Assembly (NCBI GenBank): GCA_037447605.1
Contig: CM074818.1
Location: 2,306,617 to 2,370,616, forward strand
DNA length: 64,000 nt
Source of the DNA: Zygnema circumcarinatum SAG 698-1b
Taxonomy: Eukaryota; Plantae; Zygnematophyceae
Reading direction: 5' to 3'
A model generated the notes under the pieces. The model searched no databases. It was not told the origin of the DNA and was given only the letters and a program-made list of their open reading frames with translations. The stretch's first letter is position 1. Every line of letters starts with the position of its first letter. This document shows positions 1 to 11,943 of the stretch, piece after piece. A program made the translations under genes and the position numbers.

Positions 1-32
1 ATTATTTGCTTCATCTTCTGGTGAGTGTACAG

Positions 33-260
33 ATCTGGGAGCCCCATAGAAGGAATTGGGAGCCTGTGGGAGGGCTCGACCTCACTCCTTTGAATTTGGA
101 GGTCATTTCCGGCACCTTCTTCAGAGACCGTTTACTGGTCATAGGGAGAGATTCAAGCATTGCGGCTCTCGATTTCAACCAACCGTTGGCAGTGGGAGAG
201 GGGGAGAGCAGCCTGAAGAGGAGGGGGAGGAGCTCAAGGTGGAGCATGTTGACATTTTGA
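33..260 (+). CDS. Probable last exon of a gene entering from the left edge, product unidentified (IWEPHRRNWEPVGGLDL...; loosely resembles beta-propeller tails of F-box-associated proteins)
   Basis: AG at 31-32 followed by an open, non-repetitive frame ending at the stop at 260; family resemblance is only an impression. Confidence 0.4.
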   Translation: MWEPHRRNWEPVGGLDLTPLNLEVISGTFFRDRLLVIGRDSSIAALDFNQPLAVGEGESSLKRRGRSSRWSMLTF

Positions 261-1258
261 GGAGTGAGCAGGAGGGTGGAACGGGAGGGAGTGAAGTAAG
301 GGCATGTTTTGTAGTTGAGGTTTGAATGGGGAGGGGAGGAAATCTTTCATGTTTTAGAGCGATTGTTTTACACGTTGAACAATGTTCATGTAAGTTCATG
401 TTCATGTTCAACATGAACATGTTCATGTTCAATGTTTGAGTTTGAGATGTTGTGCATGTGAATGTGTCATGCATGCATATACGTATGTGTGTATATATGT
501 CTGTATGCGTTCATGATGGCAGCGAGGGGACATTTTCTGTGACACATAATAAACGAAGTTCTTCCTTTAGAGGGAAAAAGAAGAGGTGGGTAAGATCTGC
601 GCGCGCGCAGAAACCCATCCATTGCCATTCACATTGTGAAAAGTAAATTTGATTAGTCTCAAGTCTTTGCACGGTGTGAAGGGTTTTAGGGTTTAGGGTT
701 CCAGGGTTATTTAGGGGGCAGTGGATGTGATTTCTCAGACTATTTCAGGATCTTTAGGGTTTCTGGGACTCTCAGGGCTTTTAGGTCTAACAAAAGGTTG
801 GACGGATCCCTTCCTCTCCCTCCCTCCCTCAAATCAACACATAAGGATATTGCCGCTTTAACAACTCATTCTCTGAAGTTCGCAGTCCACAGCCCTAATT
901 GACAATTAAACTCTCTGCAGATTTCCAAAATTGAAGACCTGACTAATATATGACTGATCCTTCCTTCCGAGAACCCTCCCAAGCCCCTCACCACTACGCT
1001 ACGCACCTCAGATGAACTTTCTGAGAGAAAGGGAGGGAGAGAGAGAGAGAGAGGGAGAGGGAGAGGGAGAGAGAGGAGAGGGAGGAAGGGAGAGAGAAGA
1101 GAGAAGTGGGGGGGGGTGAAGTTGGAGGGGAAGTGAAACTTTGTATCCTGATGGGGAGATCGGAACTCCAAAACTGAAACTGGAACTGTCATTGGAAAAA
1201 CAACTGAACTGGATTACTGTTGCGCTCAATGGTTCCATGTAACGGAACGGAAACTTTC

Positions 1259-1986
1259 TCAGTTACGGGGCCCTCCGCCCCCTGCGGAGTCCTTTGGACC
1301 CGCGAGGCGAGGCTGCTCCAACGATTTGGGGCGGCGACCCCTCCGGACTGCCGAGTCTTGACGCTTCTTTATGTCCTGGGGAGGGAGGAAAGGGAGGGAG
1401 GGAGAGAGGGGAGGGAGGGAGGGACAGAGAAGGAGAGAGAGGGGGGGAAAGAAGGTGGGGAGGGTAGCGGAAGGAGGAAAGAGAGAGGGTGAGGGAGGGG
1501 GGGCGGGAGGGAGCGGGGGTGGGAAGGGAAGGGTGGGAGAGAGAGAGAGAGGGGAAGAAGAGGAGAAGGGGGGAGAAGGGACGGGAGGGAGGGAGAGACG
1601 GTGGGAGGAAAAGAGGGAGATAAGGATCAGGAAGGAAAAGGAGACAGTAAGGAAGGGAAGGAAGAGGGAATCAAAAGGTGACGAGAGGGAAGAAGGGACA
1701 GAGCACGAGAGAAAGAGAGAGAGGGAGAGAGAGAGTGAGTAAGGGGGAGAATGCAGTCCTTCAGAAAACAAACCTCTAACTAAATGTTACCCTGTTCGAT
1801 AAAACATTGCACCCTTCCAACCAATAACAAGAAAAACAGCAATAGAATCTCTCCCTCTCTCTCTCTTCCCCCTCTCCCTTCCTTCCCCACGCCATCGCCG
1901 TCGCCCCTCGCCCATCGCCACTCCCTCTCCCTCTCCCTCCCTCACTCCCTCTCCCTCTCCTCTCTCACTCAATCTCTCTTTCCCCC

Positions 1987-2025
<39 letters not shown>

Positions 2026-3604
2026 TATCTCACATGTATCCGCCGTGCTGCCGCCTTCGCTCTCAGCATCAAATTCTCAAAGTTTGTTGCTTCATTAAAG
2101 GACGAGGGAGCTCTCTTCTGAAATTGTTCAAAATTTTCGTCCGCTTTCTCTTTGTTGCCCATCAGGCTGTACACCAAGCCCTGAACCCCAAAACCCAAAC
2201 TCAAAAAACGGGAAAAAGAAAAAATCCCAACGCAGGGGAAACTATATGTTCAATAGTCAGTTCCACACAACGGTCCGTGGAACGGAAACGGAGCAGTCCC
2301 ATGAGACTCTACTAGGTCTAAGCAGACGGTAAGAAAAGAAATCACGTGTAAGTTAAGTTTAAGATAAGTACACTTAAATAAGCCAAGCAGAGGAGGACCC
2401 GTTCTTAAATAATATAGATTGGATGATATTCCTCTTTATTGCTATTTTCCGGGAAGGAGTTTAGCAGTGTGCTGACCTGGCAGAGGTAGGGCCGGAAATC
2501 TTCCGGGTCCTCTTTTATGAGTGCCTCGTACTGCTGCAGGGCCTCTCCCACATTGCCCTGCACACACACACCCCTGTGTGAGGGAGGGAGGCGGGAGGAG
2601 GGAGGGAGGGAGGGAGTGGCGGGAGGGAGGGAGGGAGGGAGGGAGGGAGGGAGGAGGGAGGGAGGGAGGGAGGGAGGGAGGGAGTGGGAGGCAGGGGAGG
2701 GAGGGAGGGAGGGAGGGAGGGAGGGAGGGAGGGAGGGAGGGTGGGAGGGAGGGAGGGAGGGAGGGAGGGAGGGAGGGGAGGGAGGGAGGGTGAGGGAGGG
2801 AGGGAGGAGGGAGGGAGGGAGGGAGGGAGGGAGGGAGGGAGGGAGGGAGGAGGGAGGGAGGGAGGGAGGAGGGAGGGAGGGAGGGAGGGAGGGAGGGGAG
2901 GGAGGGAGGGGAGGGAGGAGGGAGGGAGTGGAGGGAGGGAGGGAGGGAGGAGGGAGGGAGGGAGGGAGGGAGGGAGGGAGGGAGTGGGAGGGAGGGAGGA
3001 GGGAGGGAGGGAGGGAGGGAGGGAGGGAGGGAGGAGGGAGGGAGGGAGGGGAGGGATGGAAGGAGGGGAGGAAGGAGGAGGGATGGAGGGGGGGAGGGGA
3101 GGAGGGGGAAGGGAGGGAGGGAGGGAGGGAGGGGAGGGAGGGAGGAGGGGAGGTAGGGATGGAGGGGGAGGGGGGGAGGGAGGGAGGGAGGGAGGGAGGG
3201 AGGTAGGGATGGAGGGGGAGTGGGAGAGGGAGGGAGGGAAGGATGGAGGGCGGATGGGGGAGGGATGGAAGAAGGAAGGTATGGAGGGGGAGAGGGAGAG
3301 GGATGGAAGAAGGAAGGTATGGAGGGGGAGAGGAAGAGGGATGGAAGAAGGAAGGTATGGAGGGGGAGAGGGAGAGGGATGGAGGGAGGAAGGGATGGAG
3401 GGGGAGGGGGGGAGGGAGGGAGGAAGGAAGGGACTTACTCACCTGCATTGTGTGCATTTGCGCCAAAAGCAATTTCAGATTTGTAACTTCGACTTTGAGC
3501 CCCTCCTTTGTGGCCCTCTCAACGGCCCCTTCGAGCAGGCCAAGCACGAGGCTATCCTCGCCGCTCTTGCCCATCACAGAGGCCAGACCCTGCAGGGAGG
3601 GAGG

Positions 3605-3635
<31 letters not shown>

Positions 3636-3996
3636 AGGGAACAGAGGGAGAGGAATAGAGAAGAGACGAGAGTGGGGGGAGAGAAAGCAAAACATGGGGT
3701 CAAACTGGCATCTATACGAAGAAAATCAAAATAAGATTTCCTGAACGCTTCAAGTTTGGGCTTGTGTAAGGTAGCCCAAAAACGGGAAAGCGAGAAAGAT
3801 AGAGAAAAATAGAGAGTGCGAGAGCGCGAGAGAGTGAAGGAGAGAGAGGGAGAGAGACCACTACCTGCAGAGCTCTCGCCGAAAAAGGTTCCTTTTCTAG
3901 AATCTGCTTATACCCCGCCCGGGCCCCCTCCAAGTTTCCAGTGAACTCCAAAGCTTGCGCTTTTACCAGCTTCCACTCCGCTTTGTCCGGTTCGTT
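1259..3996 (-). CDS. TPR protein of the plastid SLOW GREEN 1-like family, 5'-partial; exons 3996-3865, 3589-3443, 2557-2477, 2180-2034, 1375-1259
   Basis: All introns are GT-AG, phase 0. The spliced protein reads NEPDKAEWKLVKAQALEFTGNLEGARAGYKQILEKEPFSARALQ-GLASVM...-GNVGEALQQYEALIKEDPEDFRPYLCQ-GLVYSLMGNKEKADENFEQF. The D-P-x-D-F-R-P-Y-x-C-Q-G motif is typical of the family. Upstream exons are lost at the gap 4346-4445 and the last small exon is less certain. Confidence 0.8.
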
Positions 3997-4504
3997 CTGA
4001 AGGGACAGCACCCGGAGAGGAGAGGTGAGAGACAGGGGGGGAGGGAGAGGGAGAGAGAGGGGGAAGAGAGGGAAGAGAGAGAGGAAAGAAAGGGAAGAGA
4101 GAGAGGGAAGAGAGAGGGAAGAGGGGGAGAGAAAATGGGAAGAACGAAAAGTGAGGGGAGACAGGCGCCTTCTCTGGCTCTTACTGAAGACCACGGTACG
4201 CAGAGAGCAGAGGGAGAGGAAGAGGGAGAGGGAGAGGATATGTGAGAGAGAGGAGAGAGGGTGGGGAGGAAGAGGAGAGGAGAGGCCCCTTCTCTGGCTC
4301 GCACTGATGACCATGGTACCCAGAGACAATGGGAAGGAGAGAGTGNNNNNNNNNNNNNNNNNNNNNNNNNNNNNNNNNNNNNNNNNNNNNNNNNNNNNNN
4401 NNNNNNNNNNNNNNNNNNNNNNNNNNNNNNNNNNNNNNNNNNNNNCTTATGGTGTGCGGGAGAGAGAGAGAGAGAGAGAGAGGGGGGGAGAGAGAGGGAG
4501 AGAG

Positions 4505-5320
4505 AGAAAGGGACATAGTGGGACGACGGAGAGGGAGGGTGGCAAGTAGAGAGGGGATGGAGGGAGGGCGAAATGGAGGTTGGTGGGGTAGAGAGGCTAG
4601 GGACAGAGAGAGAGAGAGGGAGAGGGAGAGAGCGAGAGAGAGAGAGAGGGGGGGAGAGAGAAAGAGAGAGAGGGATAAAGTGGGACGACGGAGGAAGGTG
4701 GCAAGTAGAGAGGGGATGGAGGGAGGGCGAAATGGAGGTTGGTGGGGTAGAGAGGCTAGAGACAGAGAGAGAGAGAGGGAGAGGGAGAGAGCGAGAGAGA
4801 GAGAGAGGTGGGGAGAGAGAGAGAGAGGGGGATATAGTGGGACGACGGAGAAGGAGGGTGGCAAGTAGAGAGGGGATGGAGGGAGGGCGAAATGGAGGGT
4901 GGGGGGGTAGAGAGGTTAAAGAGAGAGAGAGAGGGAGAGGGAGAGAGCGAGAGAGAGAGAGAGGGAGAGAGAGGGAGAGGGACATAGTGGGACGACGGAG
5001 AAGGAGGGTGGCAAGTAGAGAGGGGATGGAGGGAGGGCGAAATGGAGGGTGGGGGGTTAGAGAGGCTAGAGAGAGAGAGAGAGAGGGAGAGGGAGAGAGC
5101 GAGAGAGAGAGAGGGGGAGAGAGGGAGAGAGAGAGAGGGACGTAGTGGGACGACGGAGAGGGAGGGTGGCAAGTAGACAGGGGACGTGGGAGGGAGGGAG
5201 CGAGCGAGAGAGGGGATGGAGGGAGGGCGAGATGGAGGGTGGGGGGGTAAAGAGGCCAGAGAGAGAGAGAGAGAGAACGAGAGAGAGAGAAGAGAGAGAG
5301 AGGGAGGGAGAGAGAGAGAG
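4505..5320. repeat. Intronic minisatellite, 5 copies of a ~150-160 bp unit (GGGACATAGTGGGACGACGGAGA...GGCAAGTAGAGAGGGGATGGAGGGAGGGCGAAATGGAGG...) separated by GA tracts
   Basis: The unit starts recur at about 4510, 4670, 4828, 4978 and 5136. Confidence 0.85.
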
Positions 5321-5329
5321 AGAGCATAC

Positions 5330-5665
5330 CTTGAGTTTTTCCTTGGTGATTGTCTTGCAGGCTCGCAGGTGCCCCGATTGCATTTCCTGCGCTAGGCGCA
5401 CAACGCCGGTCAGTCCCTTTCCGATCTCCGGGCCGAGCCAGTAATCTGCCGCCACCTGTTCGGTTGTGAAACCCAATACGCTGCTGCCACGTGGCGCCGC
5501 TCCCTCTCCCGCACCTTCCGGGGACCTTCCCTCTTTGGTGCATATCATGAAGCACTGCGGGCCGTCAATATCGCCACGTGTCGCACTCAGGCTCTTCCTC
5601 GGGCGAGATTGGAGATGAAACTTTTCGTAAATTGCGGCTGCGAGGGCCTCGGGATCCAACGTCAT
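5330..5665 (-). CDS. Exon 1 of a CDPK/PEPKR-like Ser/Thr kinase; remaining exons are missing beyond the 100-N gap
   Basis: ATG at 5665. It encodes DYWLGPEIGKGLTGVVRLAQEMQSGHLRACKTITKEKLK (Gly-loop plus catalytic Lys), followed by a GTATGC donor at the same position as in the two kinases at 37-43 kb. Confidence 0.8.
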
Positions 5666-6611
5666 GGTTAGGGGTCGCTTTCCGAAATGTCGCCCTTCTC
5701 AATACAAATATCTCCCTCTCCCTCGCCCTCCCTCTCCCCCTCCTTCTCCCACACCCACACCCTCGCCCTCGCCCTCTCTCCCTCTCTGTCTCCCACACCC
5801 TCTCCCTCTCTCTCCGTCTCCTCCTCCCACTCCCTCTGCCTCTCCCTCTGCCACTCCCGCCCTCTCTCCCTCCCCCACCTTTACTCCTCCCTCTCCCTCT
5901 CCCACTCTCGCTCTCTCTCTCCCACCCACGATCACGGAGGGACCACTCCACGCCCTGCCTCGCTGGCCGCCGTTTCATAAACGACACCGGCCGCCGCCCG
6001 CAAGCCGCCGCGTCGCCACATGGCAGAACTTCGCGCGTGCGGCCGTCCTCGGACAAATCGAACGTGCCACGGTCGCTACGTCGTCAACGGTCAAGATCTG
6101 TCTTTCCCACACGTGGTTTCTTCCGATTGCCCGGATCTGACAGGAGGGCCTCCCCTAGATGGACCAGTCCGTACATTTTTGTCGTGACAAGACCTGTCCG
6201 GTGGGACTTGACTTTCTGTTTTGTCGTTTTTCTCTATTTTGTACAATGTTGCTAGACTTGTTAGTACTATTTGTTTGTCGTTTTTTAAAATGACCATTTT
6301 GAGGTGTCAACCTTGCTTGATGTCCTACGCCAACATTTGTCGCTCTCGAAAAACGACAATAACTGTACGAATATTGGATTTTTCGGCCTCTCGAGAGTTT
6401 GGATTTGTGGGCTTCATCAAAAGTAGGGGAGTCGTGTCCAGCGTGGCAAAACTTCAGCCAATGGGAGCGCACAAAAATTGAGTTCAGAGATCCTAATCAG
6501 CGGAGGGGTGGCCACGTGGTGGAGAGGACCACGTGCCCATCAACGAAGGAGCTGACGTGGACACATGTCAAGTGCCACATCAGCAAAAAATCGTCGTTGA
6601 ATATTTTATTT

Positions 6612-7510
6612 GGAAACTGATAAATCCACCCCTTTTTGGATCGACACACCCCTTTTTTTCGCCGGGCAGATTTTAAAATCGACAAAAAGGGTTCAAAAAT
6701 AGAAAATGTTTTTTTCCCGCCTTTCTGGATTTGATACACACCTTTTTCCGTCGGGCAGATTTTACCTTACAAAAAAAAGGTCGAACCCCTAACCCCTAGT
6801 TCGTCGAACCCTAAAAACCCTAAAAACCCATCAAATGTACATGGACAAAAGCAGCATGGGGAACCACGAGGGAGATGGAGACTTCTGGATGAGCTATGCG
6901 AGGCTTGGATGTGACTGGGTCTTTGAATTAGCACTAATTGCATGTTGTGGTTGCCAAATGCTCAAGGGTTTTGCTTGATTGGTAAAAAGTCCAATTTATA
7001 AGAGCTGAAGAATTAAAACGAGTTTGTAGAGTGGTGTCGCTAAGCCAAGAAGTAGAGTTGTGGGCATGTGATGGGATTGCCATTGTGAGTGCAATGCCTA
7101 TTCATTTTACGTTTTTTATGCAAAAAAGGGCTTTTTTTAGGATTCTAGGGCTGCGTTGTTGTGCCTAGGCGTAATTTTCCGCTCCTAGCTTCGTTTTATT
7201 ACGTTTCGGTCCTCTGTGACCAGTCCTTCGTGGTTCCACATTTTGCCTTTGTCCATGTACATTTGATGGCCTCGCCATCGCGAGTTCAATGAAAGTTTTC
7301 CTTTCTTTTTTTAGGGCTCAACGCACTTTTTAGGGTTTCGACCTTATTTTTGTAAAAAAACATCTGCCCGACGGAAAAAGGTGTGTAACGATTCCAAAAA
7401 GGTGTGAAAAAAGCATTTTCCGTTTTGGAACCTTTTTTGTCGATTTTGAAATCTGCCTGGCGAAAAAAGGGATTTATCGGTCCAAAAAAGGGATAGATTT
7501 ATCACTACCC
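6612..7510. mobile_element. Non-autonomous foldback/MULE-like element with long imperfect terminal inverted repeats
   Basis: 6612-6790 is the imperfect reverse complement of 7330-7510 (e.g. TGATAAATC...GGCAGATTTxAAAATCGACAAAAA; CCTTTTTCCGTCGGGCAGAT). An inner pair is 6829-6875 with 7225-7270 (CCATCAAATGTACATGGACAAA). There is no internal ORF and the TSD is not clear. Confidence 0.7.
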
Positions 7511-8228
7511 TTTACTGACCGTTCAACTGCCAAAAACGACAAAGTACAGTACAGATTTCCGGACAGACACGAGCGGTAATTTTTTGTCGTTTTGTGAACG
7601 ACAGAGAGCGACAACAAAAGCCGCATGCGACTGCCCCCGCTCGTGCGAGCCGTTCGCTGTGATAATGAAACCGGGCCTTTACCGTGCAACTGTTTCGACG
7701 TCGATTGTAAAAAACGCAGTCGGGGGGTTTTATGGAACCAGCGTTGGAAATGGCCGAAATGAACGAGGACGCTACATGGCGGGGATGGACCAGTGAAACT
7801 GTGAACAGTTTCGATTGACAGGACGCCGTTCTCGCACTTACGACACTTATTGTAAAGGTGTTGATCTTGACTGTTGCACATGACATGCAATTGGACAGGC
7901 GGGGAGGAAGGGAGGGGGGGANNNNNNNNNNAGAGGGGGAGGAGAGGAGAGAGAGATGGAGAGAAAGAGAGCGAGAGAGAGTTTCAGAGTAAGCGAACAG
8001 TTTGCAACCTTCTTTACCATGTTCATGCTTCAAAGCCTTACGTCTGTCTCATGTCTCAAAAGTAACCATCTAATGCTTCATGGCGCAAACCCTAAAAATC
8101 AAGGGAAACAGCACACCCTAGGGTTCAGACCTTCTGCCTTCTTACGACAAAACTCTAAAACCCTACAAAAGAATTTAATCATTTTTTTCCCTCTTCATCC
8201 CCGAACCGCATCCGTCGCCCCTTGAACC

Positions 8229-9629
8229 CTAACTCCCCTGGTAGCTCATATGGCCGGGTGTCAACGTCACGATTTGAACCGGAGACCTTTGGGACTCCAT
8301 ACATGCCGTCCGTACAGCTGCTTCCACTGATTCCGGTTCCGCCATGGCTCCGTTCCCTACGTCTCCACATGCCAATTTTTTACTTACAGGTAAAATCATG
8401 GTAGCTCCGAGCTCTTGTAGGGTTGCCACTTGGCGGCTTGTGAATGGGTTGTCCCACATGAGAGTGTTCATGGCAGGAGCCACAAGGAGAGGCTTGGAGA
8501 AGTCCCACGCTCTCACTACACAGGTGAGGAGGTTGTCAGAGAGCCCTCCGGAAATCTGCAGTGTGTGAGAGAGTGAGGGGGGAGAGGGAGGGAGAGGGAG
8601 AGGGAGAGGGAGGGACAGGGAGGGGAGGGAGGGACAAGAGAGAAAGGGAGTGAGTGAGAATGACTAGCTTTCGAATCGATTAGTTAAGGGGGGGGGGGAA
8701 ATGAAATGAAAGGAGTGAAACACAAGCAGCTGCCGCAATGAAGAAAGGTATGGGCAGGAGCGGTTGAAGCGAGAAATGAGAGGAAAAGTGCCAATGTGTT
8801 CAGCAAATTATCCCTCCCCTCCCATGCCCTTCCCTCCCTCCCCCCTTTCCCCATCCTTTCCCTTCTTCCCTCTCTTCCTTCTTCCTCCACACTCCACTTC
8901 CCTGTTTCCTACGCCCTTCCCTTCCTACCCCCCTACCCCTTCCCCCTTCCCTCCTGCTTCTCCCTCCTCCACTCTTCACCTATCCTCCTCTCCCCTCCCC
9001 CTCCCGCTCCCGCTCCCCCTCCCCCTCCCCCTATCCCACTCCCCCCCTTCCCATTCCCCCTCCCACTTTCCCCCTCCTCCCCTACCTCCCACCGCCCCCC
9101 CTCCGATCCCCACTCCCCTGCCCCCCCTCCCTCTCTGCCTCCCCTCCCTTCCTCCCTGCCCCCCTTCCCTCCCTCCCTCCCTCCCTCCCTCCCCTACCTT
9201 CGCCAGCGTATTCGCAGACAAGGGAGCGATGACGAGCAGGTCCGCCCACTTCCTGAGTTCGATGTGCAGCACGGGGTCGCCGATCTTCTTCCAACTCCCC
9301 CACTCCTCCTCGTCCGTATAGAGAGGCACTCCCGGAGGGAGGGCCGACCGGTCAATAAAATGTAATGCAGATTTCGTGCATATAGCTTTGACTTCCGCCC
9401 AGTCAGAGAGTGACTGAGCGAGAATGCAAAACTTGATGGCGGCAACACTCCCACTGGAGGCTAAAAGGATGTGAGGGCGAGAGGGAGCGCTGCCTGCTGG
9501 CGATGCGAGAGGAGTCGCCAGAGTAGTGAGAGAGGAGGGAGGGAGAGAGGAGGAGGAGGGAGTGGGAGTGGAGTCGGAGTCGACGACAGAGCCCGGACCT
9601 ATTCCGGCAGAGGTTTTTCGAGATTTCAT
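8229..9629 (-). CDS. HAL3: Phosphopantothenoylcysteine decarboxylase (HAL3/PPCDC flavoprotein), copy 1; exons 9629-9198, 8555-8229
   Basis: Motifs ILLASSGSVAAIK, VLHIELRKWAD, IAPLSANTLAKISGGLSDNLLTCVVRAWD, APAMNTLMWDNP and KLACGDVGNGAMAEP; phase-0 GT-AG intron. Confidence 0.95.
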
Positions 9630-10065
9630 GGTATCATGCCTTGTAGAGGGAGGGGGAGGAGGGAGGGGGGGGGGGGAGGGGGGAAAGAGAGTGTGGAGAG
9701 TAAGGAGAGAGCTGGATGAGGGTTGGGAGAAAGACGCGGGAGAGGGGGGAGAGTGGGGGGAGAGTGAGAGAGAGAGAGTGAGAGTGGAGAGTAAGGAGGA
9801 AGGAGGAGAGTGTGCTGGATGGGGGGTGGGAGAAAGAGGCGGGAGATGGGGGCGAGAGGGGGGAGAGAGAGAGAGAGTGGAGAGTAAGGAGGGAGGAGTG
9901 AGGGCTGGATGAGGGTTGGGAGAAAGAGGAGGGGGGAGAGGGGGGAGGGGGTGACAGGGATGAGGAGGCGAGGAAGTAGGAGAAAGGGGAGGGAGAGGAA
10001 ATGAAAATAGATTATTGTTGAAAATTTTGAAACTTAATTTGTGATTTTCTTTTCTTGTGTTTATT

Positions 10066-10197
10066 TCATGAATTCTTTTGGCCGCTCATTTGGGTCCAGG
10101 TGGGCTCCTTGGCTGCAGCAGCTCTCTCTCTGCTCTTTTGAAGCTTCTCCTTGAAGCGCCGTGCCTCCTCAAAATTCGCCTTTCTCCGCGCAGCTTT
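10066..10197 (-). pseudogene. Orphan duplicate of the CMC2 last exon inside the duplicated block (probably an assembly artefact)
   Basis: Same sequence as 12380-12511; its upstream intron is cut by the N gap at 10265-10274. Confidence 0.7.
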
Positions 10198-10544
10198 CTG
10201 AACGCTTTCAAGGCCCAAAAATCAAACATGGCAAAATGTTGGGATCAGGGCTTGGAGGGCTTACNNNNNNNNNNGAGAGAAAGAGAGCGAGAGAGAGTTT
10301 CAGAGTAAGCGAACAGTTTGCAACCTTCTTTACCATGTTCATGCTTCAAAGCCTTACGTCTGTCTCATGTCTCAAAAGTAACCATCTAATGCTTCATGGC
10401 GCAAACCCTAAAAATCAAGGGAAACAGCACACCCTAGGGTTCAGACCTTCTGCCTTCTTACGACAAAACTCTAAAACCCTACAAAAGAATTTAATCATTT
10501 TTTTCCCTCTTCATCCCCGAACCGCATCCGTCGCCCCTTGAACC

Positions 10545-11943
10545 CTAACTCCCCTGGTAGCTCATATGGCCGGGTGTCAACGTCACGATTTGAACCGGAG
10601 ACCTTTGGGACTCCATACATGCCGTCCGTACAGCTGCTTCCACTGATTCCGGTTCCGCCATGGCTCCGTTCCCTACGTCTCCACATGCCAATTTTTTACT
10701 TACAGGTAAAATCATGGTAGCTCCGAGCTCTTGTAGGGTTGCCACTTGGCGGCTTGTGAATGGGTTGTCCCACATGAGAGTGTTCATGGCAGGAGCCACA
10801 AGGAGAGGCTTGGAGAAGTCCCACGCTCTCACTACACAGGTGAGGAGGTTGTCAGAGAGCCCTCCGGAAATCTGCAGTGTGTGAGAGAGTGAGGGGGGAG
10901 AGGGAGGGAGAGGGAGAGGGAGAGGGAGGGACAGGGAGGAGGGAGGGACAAGAGAGAAAGGGAGTGAGTGAGAATGACTAGCTTTCGAATCGATTAGTTA
11001 AGGGGGGGGGGGAAATGAAATGAAAGGAGTGAAACACAAGCAGCTGCCGCAATGAAGAAAGGTATGGGCAGGAGCGGTTGAAGCGAGAAATGAGAGGAAA
11101 AGTGCCAATGTGTTCAGCAAATTATCCCTCCCCTCCCATGCCCTTCCCTCCCTCCCCCCTTTCCCCATCCTTTCCCTTCTTCCCTCTCTTCCTTCTTCCT
11201 CCACACTCCACTTCCCTGTTTCCTACGCCCTTCCCTTCCTACCCCCCTACCCCTTCCCCCTTCCCTCCTGCTTCTCCCTCCTCCACTCTTCACCTATCCT
11301 CCTCTCCCCTCCCCCTCCCGCTCCCGCTCCCCCTCCCCCTCCCCCTATCCCACTCCCCCCCTTCCCATTCCCCCTCCCACTTTCCCCCTCCTCCCCTACC
11401 TCCCACCGCCCCCCCTCCGATCCCCACTCCCCTGCCCCCCCTCCCTCTCTGCCTCCCCTCCCTTCCTCCCTGCCCCCCTTCCCTCCCTCCCTCCCTCCCT
11501 CCCTCCCCTACCTTCGCCAGCGTATTCGCAGACAAGGGAGCGATGACGAGCAGGTCCGCCCACTTCCTGAGTTCGATGTGCAGCACGGGGTCGCCGATCT
11601 TCTTCCAACTCCCCCACTCCTCCTCGTCCGTATAGAGAGGCACTCCCGGAGGGAGGGCCGACCGGTCAATAAAATGTAATGCAGATTTCGTGCATATAGC
11701 TTTGACTTCCGCCCAGTCAGAGAGTGACTGAGCGAGAATGCAAAACTTGATGGCGGCAACACTCCCACTGGAGGCTAAAAGGATGTGAGGGCGAGAGGGA
11801 GCGCTGCCTGCTGGCGATGCGAGAGGAGTCGCCAGAGTAGTGAGAGAGGAGGGAGGGAGAGAGGAGGAGGAGGGAGTGGGAGTGGAGTCGGAGTCGACGA
11901 CAGAGCCCGGACCTATTCCGGCAGAGGTTTTTCGAGATTTCAT
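10545..11943 (-). CDS. HAL3: Phosphopantothenoylcysteine decarboxylase (HAL3/PPCDC), copy 2; exons 11943-11512, 10871-10545
   Basis: Translation identical to copy 1 at an offset of 2314-2316 bp. Confidence 0.95.

Noticed and set aside
670-790. TTTAGGG-like motifs as a chromosome end
   Set aside because: They are scattered degenerate units, not a tandem array; similar interstitial motifs occur throughout the window
4505-5320. CRISPR-like repeat-spacer appearance
   Set aside because: The units are ~100+ bp, the spacers are plain GA tracts, there are no cas genes, and the context is a eukaryotic intron
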